A stretch of DNA of 64,000 nucleotides from an uncultured Clostridia bacterium (GCA_937890525.1 CALADI010000016.1:15944-79943), one strand, 5' to 3'; counted from the first letter of the stretch, positions 45,868-55,979 are shown. Notes: a model not told the origin generated them from the letters alone. Numbers and translations are program-made.

Positions 45868-46566
45868 ATGTTTGATCTTGCAAATCTTTTGAAGGAAAAT
45901 GCCTACCCCGGTCGGGGTATCGTGCTGGGGCGCAGCGAGGACGGCTCCAAGGCGGTGATCGCCTATTTTATCATGGGACGCAGCGTCAACAGCCGCAACC
46001 GGGTGTTTGTCAAGACCGACGACGGCATCCGCACGCAGGCTTTTGACGAGAGCAAGATGGTGGATCCGTCCCTCATTATTTACCACCCGGTTCGGGTGCT
46101 GCCCCAAGGCACCATCGTGACCAACGGAGACCAGACCGATACCCTCCGGGATACCATGGCGGCGGGGCAGGGCTATCTGCCGGCGCTGATGCAGCGCAAG
46201 TTTGAGCCGGATGCCCCCAACTACACTCCCAGAATCTCCGGAGTTGTGTTCCCCGAGGGCAGCTATATGCTGTCCATTCTGAAGAGTTTTGACGGAGATC
46301 CTTCCTGCTGTGTGCGTAATGTGTTCACCTTTGATGCCCCCAAGGCGGGAGTGGGACACTTCATCCACACCTACCAGAGCGATGGTGATCCGCTGCCCTC
46401 CTTTGCCGGAGAGCCGGAGCAGGTGGCACTCACCGGTGACATTGATGCATTCACCCAGATGATTTGGGAGAACCTGAACGAGCAGAACAAGGTCAGCCTG
46501 TATACCCGTTACATCGACCTGAAGGACGGTTCTGTGGAAGAGCGGATCGTCAACAAAAATCAGTAA
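45868..46566 (+). CDS. IMP cyclohydrolase, PurO-type (stand-alone)
   Basis: NAYPGRGIVLG...IAYFIMGRSVNSRNR N-terminus typical of the archaeal/clostridial PurO-like cyclohydrolase. It sits directly upstream of the AICARFT-only gene. Confidence 0.8.
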   Translation: MFDLANLLKENAYPGRGIVLGRSEDGSKAVIAYFIMGRSVNSRNRVFVKTDDGIRTQAFDESKMVDPSLIIYHPVRVLPQGTIVTNGDQTDTLRDTMAAGQGYLPALMQRKFEPDAPNYTPRISGVVFPEGSYMLSILKSFDGDPSCCVRNVFTFDAPKAGVGHFIHTYQSDGDPLPSFAGEPEQVALTGDIDAFTQMIWENLNEQNKVSLYTRYIDLKDGSVEERIVNKNQ

Positions 46567-46579
46567 GGAGAAGCCCCAA

Positions 46580-47764
46580 ATGAATGAGTTTGCTTTGAAG
46601 TACGGCTGTAACCCCAACCAGAAGCCTGCACGGATCTATATGGCAGACGGCAGTGAACTGCCCATCGAGATCCTCAACGGCCGCCCGGGTTATATCAACT
46701 TTTTGGATGCACTGAATTCGTGGCAGCTTGTCAAGGAACTGAAGGAAGCCACCGGGCTGTGCGCCGTCACCTCGTTCAAGCATGTGTCTCCCACCTCTGC
46801 CGCTGTGGGGAAGCCTCTGCCCGAGGATCTGAAGAAGGCTTGCTTCGTAGACGATGTGGAGGGACTGGACGGCAATCCGCTGGCCTGTGCCTATGCCCGT
46901 GCCCGGGGAACGGATCGGATGTGTTCCTTCGGTGACTGGGTCGCCCTGTCGGACGAGTGCGACGCAATGACCGCAAAGCTCATCTCCCGGGAGGTCTCCG
47001 ACGGCGTCATCGCCCCCGGCTACACCGAGGAGGCTTTGCAGATCCTCAAGACCAAGCGCAAGGGCAGCTACAATGTGGTGCGGATCGACCCGAACTATGT
47101 TCCTGCGGAGCAGGAGACCAAGATGGTCTACGGCATCACCTTCCAGCAGGGAAGAAATAACTTCAAAATCGACCAGAGCCTGCTGGAGAACATTGTGACC
47201 AAGAATAAGGATCTGCCCGAGAGTGCCAAGATCGATCTGGTCGTCTCCCTCATCACACTGAAGTACACCCAGTCCAACTCCGTGTGCTTTGCCTATGACG
47301 GGCAGGCCATCGGCGTAGGCGCCGGCCAGCAATCCCGGATCCATTGCACCCGGCTTGCCGGCACCAAGGCAGACACTTGGTTCCTGCGTCAGCATCCCAA
47401 GACACTGGCACTTCCTTTCCGGGAAGATCTGAGCCGCCCCAACCGGGACAATGTGATCGACGGCTACATCAACGGCAACGAGGAGGATGTGTGCGCTGAC
47501 GGCAACTGGCAGAAGTACTTCACCAGTCAGCCGGAGCATCTGACCCCGGAGGACAAGCAGGAATTCCTTTCCTCCCGTCAGAATGTGGCGCTGGGTTCCG
47601 ATGCATTCTTCCCCTTCTCCGACAACATCCAGCGTGCGGGGAAATCCGGCGTGCGCTACATCGCTCAGCCCGGCGGTTCCATTCGGGACGATCTGGTAAT
47701 CGAAGAGTGCGACCGTGAGGGCATGGTCATGTGCTTCACGGGGATGCGGCTGTTCCACCACTAA
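46580..47764 (+). CDS. purH: AICAR formyltransferase (PurH C-terminal domain only, no MGS/IMPCH domain)
   Basis: LKYGCNPNQ, SFKHVSP, GAGQQSRI and IAQPGGSIRD motifs. Only 394 aa. Confidence 0.85.
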   Translation: MNEFALKYGCNPNQKPARIYMADGSELPIEILNGRPGYINFLDALNSWQLVKELKEATGLCAVTSFKHVSPTSAAVGKPLPEDLKKACFVDDVEGLDGNPLACAYARARGTDRMCSFGDWVALSDECDAMTAKLISREVSDGVIAPGYTEEALQILKTKRKGSYNVVRIDPNYVPAEQETKMVYGITFQQGRNNFKIDQSLLENIVTKNKDLPESAKIDLVVSLITLKYTQSNSVCFAYDGQAIGVGAGQQSRIHCTRLAGTKADTWFLRQHPKTLALPFREDLSRPNRDNVIDGYINGNEEDVCADGNWQKYFTSQPEHLTPEDKQEFLSSRQNVALGSDAFFPFSDNIQRAGKSGVRYIAQPGGSIRDDLVIEECDREGMVMCFTGMRLFHH

Positions 47765-47851
47765 AACCATATGCGGTATCCTTTCCCAATGGCGCTTTTG
47801 CGTCATTGGGAATACCCGTCTTTATAGAATCACAAAAAAACTGAGGTAATT

Positions 47852-49111
47852 ATGAATATTATGCTGATTGGCGGCGGTGGACGGGAACATGCCATCCTCC
47901 GCGGTCTGAGACAGAATCCGGCGGTAGAAACGGTCTATGCCCTGCCCGGAAACGGCGGTATGGCGCAGGAGGCGGTCTGCACCGGCATTGGGGCGACGGA
48001 TCTGGATGGGATCGTCGCATTTGCAAAGGAACATCCTGTGGATTATGCGGTGGTAGCGCCGGACGATCCTCTGGTGCTGGGCTGCGTGGATCGGCTGACG
48101 GAACTGGGGATCCCCTGTTTCGGGCCCAGCGCAAAGGCTGCCATCATCGAAGGCAGCAAGGCATTTTCCAAAGATTTGATGAAGAAATACCATATTCCCA
48201 CGGCGCAGTATGAGATCTTTACCGAGCTGGAGCAGGCGCTTGCGTATCTGGACGACGCACCTATCCCCACGGTCATCAAGGCCGATGGTTTGGCGCTGGG
48301 CAAGGGTGTCATCATTGCCCAGACAAGACAGGAAGCCAAGCAGGCGGTGACGGATATGATGGCGGGGGGCAAGTTCGGTAAGAGCGGCACCACCGTGGTC
48401 ATTGAGGAATTTCTGGAAGGACCGGAAGTTTCCGTGCTGGCCTTCACCGATGGCGTGTGCGTCAAGCCCATGGTATCGTCCATGGATCACAAGCGTGCCA
48501 AGGACGGCGATGAGGGACTGAACACCGGCGGCATGGGTACCGTGGCGCCCAATCCCTACTACACCCCCCAGATTGCCCAGCGCTGCATGGACGAGATCTT
48601 CCTGCCTACCATCCGTGCCATGGAGCAGGAGGGAAGAATGTTCAAGGGTTGCCTGTACTTCGGTCTGATGCTCACCAAGGACGGTCCCAAGGTCATCGAG
48701 TACAACTGCCGCTTCGGAGATCCCGAGACGCAGGTGGTGCTGCCGCTTCTGGAGAGCGACCTGCTCACCGTGATGCAGGCCTGCACCAACGGCACATTGG
48801 AAAAGACCCCTGTGGCGTTTTCTGACAAATCCGCCTGCTGTGTGGTCACGGCTTCTGCCGGATACCCGGAAAGCTATGCCAAGGGATACCCCATCACCAT
48901 GACGGATGAAGCCAAGGCACACACCTATGTGGCGGGTGCGAAATTGGAAGGGGATCGGCTGGTCACCTCCGGCGGCAGAGTCACCGGCACCACGGCGGTG
49001 GCAGATACGCTGGAAGAAGCCATCCGGCAGGCTTACTGCATCGCAGACGGTGTGGTATTTGAGAATGCTTATCGAAGAAGTGATATTGGTCAGCGGGCGC
49101 TGAAAGCCTGA
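47852..49111 (+). CDS. purD: GAR synthetase
   Basis: NIMLIGGGGREHA and the ATP-grasp core. 419 aa. Confidence 0.95.
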   Translation: MNIMLIGGGGREHAILRGLRQNPAVETVYALPGNGGMAQEAVCTGIGATDLDGIVAFAKEHPVDYAVVAPDDPLVLGCVDRLTELGIPCFGPSAKAAIIEGSKAFSKDLMKKYHIPTAQYEIFTELEQALAYLDDAPIPTVIKADGLALGKGVIIAQTRQEAKQAVTDMMAGGKFGKSGTTVVIEEFLEGPEVSVLAFTDGVCVKPMVSSMDHKRAKDGDEGLNTGGMGTVAPNPYYTPQIAQRCMDEIFLPTIRAMEQEGRMFKGCLYFGLMLTKDGPKVIEYNCRFGDPETQVVLPLLESDLLTVMQACTNGTLEKTPVAFSDKSACCVVTASAGYPESYAKGYPITMTDEAKAHTYVAGAKLEGDRLVTSGGRVTGTTAVADTLEEAIRQAYCIADGVVFENAYRRSDIGQRALKA

Positions 49112-49127
49112 CAGCTAGGAGGAAGCA

Positions 49128-52100
49128 ATGGTTTATCGTATTTTTGTAGAGAAGAAACCCGCTCTGGCAAAGGAAGCACACGACCTGCTCCACGAGGTCA
49201 ACGAACTGCTGGGCATCGGCAGCCTCACCGGTGTGCGTGTCATCAACCGCTATGATGTGGAGAATATCGACGAAGAACTGTTCCGCTCTGCGGTGAACAA
49301 TGTGTTCTCTGAGCCTCAGGTGGATCAGGTGTCCACCGAACTGGACGCAGAGGGCACGGTTTTTGCGGTGGAGTATCTGCCGGGTCAGTTTGACCAGCGG
49401 GCGGATTCTGCTGCCCAGTGCATCCAGATCATCTCTCAAGGAGAGCGTCCCGCCGTCCGCACCGCAAAGGTGTATGTGCTGGAGGGGACTCTCAGCGATG
49501 CAGAACTAGCAGCCATCAAGAAGTATGTCATCAATCCTGTGGAAGCAAGAGAAGCAGCCATGGAAAAGCCGGAGACTCTGGCGGTGTCCTACACCGTGCC
49601 GGAGAAGGTGGCCGTGGTGGAGGGCTTCTTGGATCTGGATCGTGCCGGGCTGGAGGACATGGTGCGCAAGCTGGGGCTTGCCATGGATGCAGATGACATC
49701 GCCTTCTGCCAGCAGTATTTCCGCAGCGAAAACCGCTGCCCCACCATCACCGAGATCCGCATGATCGATACCTATTGGTCCGATCATTGCCGCCATACCA
49801 CCTTCAACACCACCATCGACGAGGTGAAGTTCGCCGATCCTCTGCTGCAAAGCGCCTATGAGGAGTATCTTCAGACCCGTCAGGAACTGGGACGGACCAA
49901 GCCCATCAACCTGATGGACATCGGCACGCTGGCAGGCAAGTATCTGCGGAAAAACGGGTATCTGGCAAAGCTGGACGAGTCTGAGGAGATCAACGCCTGC
50001 ACCGTGCACATGACGGTGACGGTGGACGGCGAGGAGCAGCCTTGGCTGCTGCTGTTCAAGAACGAGACTCACAACCACCCCACGGAGATCGAGCCTTTCG
50101 GCGGTGCAGCTACCTGTATTGGCGGCGCCATCCGTGACCCTCTGGCCAGCCGTGCCTATGTCTACGGCGCTATGCGTGTTACCGGTGCGGCAGATCCCCT
50201 CAAGAGCGTGGCTGAGACCATGCCCGGCAAGCTGCCCCAGAGAAAGATCGTGACCACGGCTGCGGCGGGATACTCCTCCTACGGCAACCAGATCGGTCTG
50301 GCTACCGGCATGGTGGACGAACTTTACCACCCCGGCTATGCCGCTAAGCGCATGGAGATCGGCGCTGTGGTTGCGGCTGTTCCCGAGGATCATGTCCGCC
50401 GGGAAGTCCCTGCTCCCGGGGATCAGGTCATCCTGCTGGGCGGCCGTACCGGTCGTGACGGCTGCGGCGGCGCTACCGGCTCCTCCAAGAGCCACACCGT
50501 AGAATCTCTGGAAAGCTGCGGCGCAGAAGTCCAGAAGGGCAATGCTCCGGAGGAGCGCAAGCTGCAGCGGCTGTTCCGCAACGGTGAAGCCACCCGGATG
50601 ATCAAGCGTTGTAACGACTTTGGCGCCGGCGGCGTGTCCGTAGCCATCGGCGAACTGGCGGACGGCCTGAACATCGACCTGAACAAGGTGCCCAAGAAGT
50701 ACGAGGGTCTGGACGGCACCGAACTGGCCATTTCCGAATCTCAGGAGCGCATGGCTGTGGTTGTGGAAGCCAAGAATGTGGCGCGGTTCTTGGAACTGGC
50801 GGCGCAGGAGAATCTGGAGGCTACCCCGGTTGCCGAAGTCACCCGGGAGCCCCGTCTGGTGATGCATTGGAACGGGGAGACCATCTGCGATGTCAGCAGA
50901 GAGTTCCTCAATTCCAACGGCGCAGAGAAGCACATCACGGTGGAGCTGGAGCCTGCCAGCGAGTATGAGCAGACCATCACCGGCACTTTTGCTCAGAACA
51001 TGGATCGTGTGGCGCAGGATCTCAACACCTGCTCCAAGCGGGGCTTGTCCGAGCGGTTCGACGCCACCATCGGCGCAGGCACCGTGCTGATGCCCTTCGG
51101 TGGCAAGCACCAGCAGACCCCCATTCAGGCCATGGTCCACAAGGTCAGTCTGGAAAAGGGACACACCGATGACTGCTCTGTGATGAGCTGGGGCTACAAT
51201 CCCTTCGTCACCGAGCACAGCCCCTACCACGGGGCATATCTGGCGGTGGTGGAGTCTGCGGCAAAGCTGATCGCCACCGGCGCAAGCTATGAGGATGTGT
51301 ATCTGACCTTCCAAGAGTATTTCCACCGTGTGGGTCACGACTCCAAGCGCTGGAGCCAGCCTGTGGCGGCGCTGCTGGGTGCCTTCAATGCCCAGATGGA
51401 TCTGAAGATCGCAGCCATCGGCGGCAAGGACTCCATGTCCGGCACCTTTGAGGATCTGGATGTTCCTCCCACGCTGGTGTCCTTCGCCGTGACCACGGAG
51501 AAGGTGCAGAATATTGTTTCCAATGAGTTTAAGCAGGCTGGGCACACCGTGTGCCTGTTGAAGCCGGAGTATGACGAGAATGGTCTGCCGGTGGCAGAGT
51601 CTCAGCTTGCTCTGTTTGACTATGTGACGGAACTGCTCCGCAGCGGCAAGGCGGTCAGCGCCTACACCCCCGGCATGGGCGGTGTGGCAGAAGCCGTGAT
51701 GAAGATGGCCTTCGGCAACGGCTTCGGCTTTGATTTCGACTCCACTCTGACCATGGAAGAACTGTTTGGCCTGTGCTACGGCAGCTTCGTGCTGGAAATG
51801 TCCGGCGAGGCCGAGGGCAAGGTGCTGGGTCAGATCACCGACCGGGGCGCATTTACCTATGGCGCAGAGACCGTGGATGCCCGGAAGCTGCAAAAGGAAT
51901 ACGAGGACAAGCTGGAGAGCGTCTACACCTGCAACATTGCCGATGTGTCCACCCCGGTGGAGAATGTGTCCTATGAAGCTGGGGTGAAGGCTGCGCCTGC
52001 GGTCAAGACGGCAAAGCCCAAGGTGCTGATCCCGGTGTTCCCGGGCACCAACTGTGAATATGACTCTGCCAAGGCCATGGAGGATGCGGGAGCAGAAGCG

Positions 52101-52814
52101 GAGATCTTCGTGATCCGCAATCTCACCGCCGACGCCATTGCCGAAAGTGTGGAGCAGTTTGCCCGCAAGCTCAGCACCTCTCAGATGGTGTTCATCCCCG
52201 GCGGCTTCTCCGGCGGCGACGAGCCCGACGGCTCCGGCAAGTTCATCACCGCCTTCTTCCGCAACGCTGCGGTGAAGGAGCAGGTGGAGAATCTCTTGGA
52301 GCGCCGGGATGGTCTGATGCTGGGCATCTGCAACGGCTTCCAGGCTCTCATCAAGCTGGGCTTGGTTCCCTACGGCAAGATTTTGGACGCAGATGCCGAA
52401 TTCCCCACCCTGACCCACAATGTCATCGGCAGACACCAGTCCAGACTGGTGCGCACCAGAGTGGCATCCAACCTCAGCCCGTGGCTGTCCGGCACCAAGG
52501 TGGGGGATGTGTTCACTGTGCCCATCTCCCATGGTGAGGGCAGATTCCTTGCCGATGAGGCGCTGGTGCGGGAGCTGGCTGCCAAGGGTCAGATCGCGAC
52601 CCAGTATGTGGATCTGGAGGGCAATGCTACCACCGATGTGCATTTCAATCCCAATGGCTCCATCTTCGCCATCGAGGGCATCACCTCTCCCGACGGCCGT
52701 GTTCTGGGTAAGATGGGTCACTCCGAGCGCAAGGGCAACGGCCTGTACAAGAATGTGCCCGGCGAATTCGACATGAAGCTGTTCGAGTCCGCTGTCCGCT
52801 ATTTCAAAGGATAA
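49128..52814 (+). CDS. purL: FGAM synthase, single-chain large type
   Basis: 1228 aa. FGAM synthetase core (HNHPTEIEPFGGAATCIGG) and a C-terminal type-1 glutaminase (LGICNGFQAL, PISHGEGRF). Confidence 0.95.
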   Translation: MVYRIFVEKKPALAKEAHDLLHEVNELLGIGSLTGVRVINRYDVENIDEELFRSAVNNVFSEPQVDQVSTELDAEGTVFAVEYLPGQFDQRADSAAQCIQIISQGERPAVRTAKVYVLEGTLSDAELAAIKKYVINPVEAREAAMEKPETLAVSYTVPEKVAVVEGFLDLDRAGLEDMVRKLGLAMDADDIAFCQQYFRSENRCPTITEIRMIDTYWSDHCRHTTFNTTIDEVKFADPLLQSAYEEYLQTRQELGRTKPINLMDIGTLAGKYLRKNGYLAKLDESEEINACTVHMTVTVDGEEQPWLLLFKNETHNHPTEIEPFGGAATCIGGAIRDPLASRAYVYGAMRVTGAADPLKSVAETMPGKLPQRKIVTTAAAGYSSYGNQIGLATGMVDELYHPGYAAKRMEIGAVVAAVPEDHVRREVPAPGDQVILLGGRTGRDGCGGATGSSKSHTVESLESCGAEVQKGNAPEERKLQRLFRNGEATRMIKRCNDFGAGGVSVAIGELADGLNIDLNKVPKKYEGLDGTELAISESQERMAVVVEAKNVARFLELAAQENLEATPVAEVTREPRLVMHWNGETICDVSREFLNSNGAEKHITVELEPASEYEQTITGTFAQNMDRVAQDLNTCSKRGLSERFDATIGAGTVLMPFGGKHQQTPIQAMVHKVSLEKGHTDDCSVMSWGYNPFVTEHSPYHGAYLAVVESAAKLIATGASYEDVYLTFQEYFHRVGHDSKRWSQPVAALLGAFNAQMDLKIAAIGGKDSMSGTFEDLDVPPTLVSFAVTTEKVQNIVSNEFKQAGHTVCLLKPEYDENGLPVAESQLALFDYVTELLRSGKAVSAYTPGMGGVAEAVMKMAFGNGFGFDFDSTLTMEELFGLCYGSFVLEMSGEAEGKVLGQITDRGAFTYGAETVDARKLQKEYEDKLESVYTCNIADVSTPVENVSYEAGVKAAPAVKTAKPKVLIPVFPGTNCEYDSAKAMEDAGAEAEIFVIRNLTADAIAESVEQFARKLSTSQMVFIPGGFSGGDEPDGSGKFITAFFRNAAVKEQVENLLERRDGLMLGICNGFQALIKLGLVPYGKILDADAEFPTLTHNVIGRHQSRLVRTRVASNLSPWLSGTKVGDVFTVPISHGEGRFLADEALVRELAAKGQIATQYVDLEGNATTDVHFNPNGSIFAIEGITSPDGRVLGKMGHSERKGNGLYKNVPGEFDMKLFESAVRYFKG

Positions 52815-53058
52815 ACGGGATCAAGGTCAGCAGAATGATCCCCGGTACGCCGAGAAAGCCGACGATGCAGGCGGTCACGAAGTTGATGGGATAGAAGATT
52901 CCCGTGAACCCGGAGATCAGATTCAGCAGCCATAGGCAGGCGAATCCGGCAAGGGAATTGATTGCCAGCTTCCAGATCCACTTCACCTGAGCGGCGCACA
53001 GCCGCAGGAAGCCGAAGATCAGCCCGGCGGGGATCAACAGTCTGAGAAAATTTTCCAT
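52804..53058 (-). CDS. bofA: BofA-family pro-sigma-K processing inhibitor
   Basis: Start moved to MENFLRLL after GGAGG. 84 aa with two TM segments. INSLAGFACLWLLNLI and GVPGIILL patterns typical of BofA. Confidence 0.7.
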   Translation of the reverse strand: MENFLRLLIPAGLIFGFLRLCAAQVKWIWKLAINSLAGFACLWLLNLISGFTGIFYPINFVTACIVGFLGVPGIILLTLIPFIL

Positions 53059-53407
53059 AGTATCCTCCGTATGAAATGGCGTTGACCGGGGTAAGATAGC
53101 ATCGGACGGAAGCACACAGGTACAAGCCATATGACGATATTGCGTACATGAGTGATTCTGTCAAGTGTGTCTTACGGCGGCCGCGTAAAGATGCGAATAG
53201 GCGGGGGATATCACCCGCCGGTACATCATAGGATATTTTCCCGACGAAATCCCAAGAAACCACTCCCCATAGGAATCATCCCCCGTCTGTCATGGGTGCA
53301 TCCGCTCCCACGGCAGGCGGGGGATCTGCCGTTTATGAAAGCCCCGGCTGCGCCAGAGATTTCCTTGTATGATGGAAGGAAATCGGGTTGTCTGCCGGGG
53401 GAAACTG

Positions 53408-53416
53408 TGCTATAAT
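53408..53416 (+). promoter_or_regulatory. Extended -10 element upstream of the dnaD-like gene
   Basis: TGcTATAAT 43 nt upstream of the ATG. Confidence 0.35.
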
Positions 53417-53458
53417 GTTATGACTTGACGAAAACAAAGGAAATGGGAAGGTGACGAG

Positions 53459-54340
53459 ATGACTGTAACGGAGTTGAATCTGCCCCGGGAGGATGTCAGA
53501 AAGCTTCTGGCCGCCTCCAGCGGTGATGCAGCCATGCTCTATATGTACATACGCTGCGGTAATGACCCCTGCGAGGCGGAGACTGCGCTGGGGATGAACG
53601 GGGTGCGCTTCGGCTGTGCCAGCGCTACGCTGCGCCAGTTGGGATTGTGGCCTACGGAGAAGCAGACCATGATCCACTGCGGCGAGCGCCCCAACTATTC
53701 TGAGCGGGATGTGACCGAGGCAGTGGAGTCGGACGGTACCTTCCGTTCGCTGTACGGGGAAGTCCAGCGGGTGCTGGGCAAGACCCTGAATACCGAGGAG
53801 CTGAAGATCCTGCTGGGGTTCACTCGCTATCTGGGTCTGCCCCCGGATGTGATCTCCGTGCTGGTGAATTACTGCAAGGATCGGCTTCGCCAGCGGGGAA
53901 GCAACCGCAATCCCTCGCTGCGTACCATCGAGAAAGAGGCCTATGCATGGGCAGAGCGGGGCATCGACACCATGGAGGAGGCGGCAGCCTTTATCCAGAA
54001 CCAGAATGTGTACAACAGCTCCATGGCGCACATCAAGCATCTGGTTCAGATTCGGGGACGGCGTCTGACTGCCGCAGAGGAGCGCTATGCCCAGAGCTGG
54101 GCGCAGATGGGCTTTGACGATGCGGCCATTACCATGGCCTATGAGCGCACCTGCATCAATACCGGCGGACTGAAGTGGCCCTATATGAACAGCATCCTCA
54201 AGCGTTGGCACGAGGCGGGACTGCACACCGCCGAGCAGATCGAAGCCGGCGACCGGGGCAAGGCACCGGTAAAGCAGGAGCGCCGGGAGCTGGATGAGGA
54301 TGAGCTGGCGGCCATCGCCAGAATGATGCGGGAGGAATGA
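53459..54340 (+). CDS. DnaD-domain replication initiation / helicase-loading protein (B. subtilis DnaB/DnaD-like)
   Basis: DnaD-domain pattern (LKILLGFTRYLGLPPDVISVLVNYC ... TIEKEAYAWAERGIDTMEEAAAF), followed by a second similar segment. Confidence 0.7.
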   Translation: MTVTELNLPREDVRKLLAASSGDAAMLYMYIRCGNDPCEAETALGMNGVRFGCASATLRQLGLWPTEKQTMIHCGERPNYSERDVTEAVESDGTFRSLYGEVQRVLGKTLNTEELKILLGFTRYLGLPPDVISVLVNYCKDRLRQRGSNRNPSLRTIEKEAYAWAERGIDTMEEAAAFIQNQNVYNSSMAHIKHLVQIRGRRLTAAEERYAQSWAQMGFDDAAITMAYERTCINTGGLKWPYMNSILKRWHEAGLHTAEQIEAGDRGKAPVKQERRELDEDELAAIARMMREE

Positions 54341-54343
54341 TCC

Positions 54344-55321
54344 ATGGCATATAGTTCGGAAGTGGTACGCAGGGCGCGGGAGCGTCTGGCTCAGGCCAAG
54401 GAAGACCGGGACCGGGAAAACCGAGCCCATCTGGAGCAGGCGTATCAGACTGCTCCCAGACTCAAAGAGATCGATCGGCAGCTTCGTGTGACCATGGCCA
54501 AGGCGGTTCAGTCCGTATTTGCCGGAGGGGACGCCCAAGCGCTGATGGAGCAGGCAAAAAATGAGAACCTGTCGCTTCAGCAGGAGCGCCAATGGATCTT
54601 AGATACCACCTTTGAGGAGGGATTTCTGGACGAAACCCCCATCTGCCCCGTGTGCGGGGGCAGCGGCTATGTGGGCAGCACCATGTGCGAATGCTTACAG
54701 GAACTTTGCCGTCAGGAGCAGAAGAAGGAACTGACCTTCCTCAGCGCCGGGCGGGAGAGTTTTGACCAGTTTCGGCTGGATTACTACCCGGATAAAATCG
54801 ACCCCCGGCTGGGGATCTCCCCCCGGGTGGTGATGGAAAAGACCTACCAGACCTGCCGCAGATATGCCCACGGCTTCGGCATGAAGTCGGGAAATCTGCT
54901 GTTTTCCGGCAATACCGGCCTGGGGAAAACCTATCTGTCCGCCTGTATCGCCAGAACCGTGGCGGATCGGGGGTTCAGTGTGGTGTACGAGAGTGCGGGA
55001 CACCTGTTTGCCTGCCTGGAGCGGGCAAGGTTTGACGCCACCGACGCCAACCGTGCCGCAGCGGCAAAATACGACGCCTGCGATCTGCTCATCATCGACG
55101 ATCTGGGCACGGAGCTGGCAGGGCAGTTTGTGACGGCATCGCTGTACAGCCTCATCAATGACCGGCTTCTCGGCTCCAAGCCCACCATCATTTCCACCAA
55201 TTTGACGGTGGATGAATTGTGCAGCCGGTACAATCCCCAGATCGCTTCCCGACTGCGGGGGAGCTACCGCCGGGTAGCGTTTGTGGGGGATGACATTCGT
55301 TTGCTGAAGAATCGAGGGTAA
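54344..55321 (+). CDS. dnaI: DnaI/DnaC-type helicase loader ATPase
   Basis: Zn-binding CPVCGGSGY...CEC. Walker A GNTGLGKTYL. Walker B LLIIDDLGTE. 3-nt gap after the dnaD-like gene. Confidence 0.8.
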   Translation: MAYSSEVVRRARERLAQAKEDRDRENRAHLEQAYQTAPRLKEIDRQLRVTMAKAVQSVFAGGDAQALMEQAKNENLSLQQERQWILDTTFEEGFLDETPICPVCGGSGYVGSTMCECLQELCRQEQKKELTFLSAGRESFDQFRLDYYPDKIDPRLGISPRVVMEKTYQTCRRYAHGFGMKSGNLLFSGNTGLGKTYLSACIARTVADRGFSVVYESAGHLFACLERARFDATDANRAAAAKYDACDLLIIDDLGTELAGQFVTASLYSLINDRLLGSKPTIISTNLTVDELCSRYNPQIASRLRGSYRRVAFVGDDIRLLKNRG

Positions 55322-55322
55322 T

Positions 55323-55979
55323 ATGAAGCATAGGGGAATCATTTGGGATCTGGACGGAACACTGCTTGACACCTTGGAGGATCTGATGGATGCGACCAAC
55401 CATGCGCTGGTCGTCTTCGGCTGTCCCACCCGGAGCAAGGAGGAGATCCGCCGCTTTGTGGGGAACGGGGCTGAATTGCTGATCCGCCGGGCGCTGCCGG
55501 GGAAACCCAATGACCCGGATCCCATGCAGGTGCTTGCCTGCTTCCGGGAATACTATGACGCCCATTGCCGGGTCAAGACAGCCCCCTATCCCGGGATCAT
55601 GGAGCTGCTGCGGGGGCTGAAGGAGCAGGGGTATGCTATGGCGGTGGTGTCCAACAAGCCGGACTCTGCGGTGAAGATCCTCTGCGACGATCATTTCCCG
55701 GGACTGTTCTGCGCCGTCACCGGGGAGGTGGACGGCTGCCCTCGCAAGCCTGCGCCGGATCTGGTGTTCCGGGCGGTGAGAGCGCTTGGGCTGGAATGTG
55801 GGGACTGTGTCTATGTGGGCGACAGCGAGGTGGATGTTCATACGGCACGCAATGCGGACATGGACTGCATCAGCGTGGTGTGGGGCTTCCGTGACCGGGA
55901 TTTCCTGCGGGAGCAGGGGGCTGAGCATCTGTGCCAAAGTCCGGCGGATTTTCCGGGACTGCTGAAGGAAATGGAGTAA
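55323..55979 (+). CDS. HAD-superfamily phosphatase (phosphoglycolate phosphatase-like)
   Basis: Motif I WDLDGTLLDT, motif II VVSNK, motif IV VGDSEVD. Confidence 0.8.
   Translation: MKHRGIIWDLDGTLLDTLEDLMDATNHALVVFGCPTRSKEEIRRFVGNGAELLIRRALPGKPNDPDPMQVLACFREYYDAHCRVKTAPYPGIMELLRGLKEQGYAMAVVSNKPDSAVKILCDDHFPGLFCAVTGEVDGCPRKPAPDLVFRAVRALGLECGDCVYVGDSEVDVHTARNADMDCISVVWGFRDRDFLREQGAEHLCQSPADFPGLLKEME

Noticed and set aside
49506-52721. 1071-aa ORF on the minus strand
   Set aside because: Antisense to purL, whose product is unmistakable. Same GC-driven artefact.
53152-53415. 87-aa ORF in the bofA-dnaD spacer
   Set aside because: No RBS. Pro/Arg/Gly-rich composition. It overlaps the dnaD promoter element. 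No family resemblance.
53459-55321. DnaD-domain and DnaC/IstB-like ATPase pair as a prophage or IS21-type mobile module
   Set aside because: No integrase, transposase (IstA), terminal repeats, phage structural genes or compositional break nearby. The pair is flanked by housekeeping genes and matches the chromosomal dnaB/dnaD-dnaI helicase-loader arrangement of Firmicutes.
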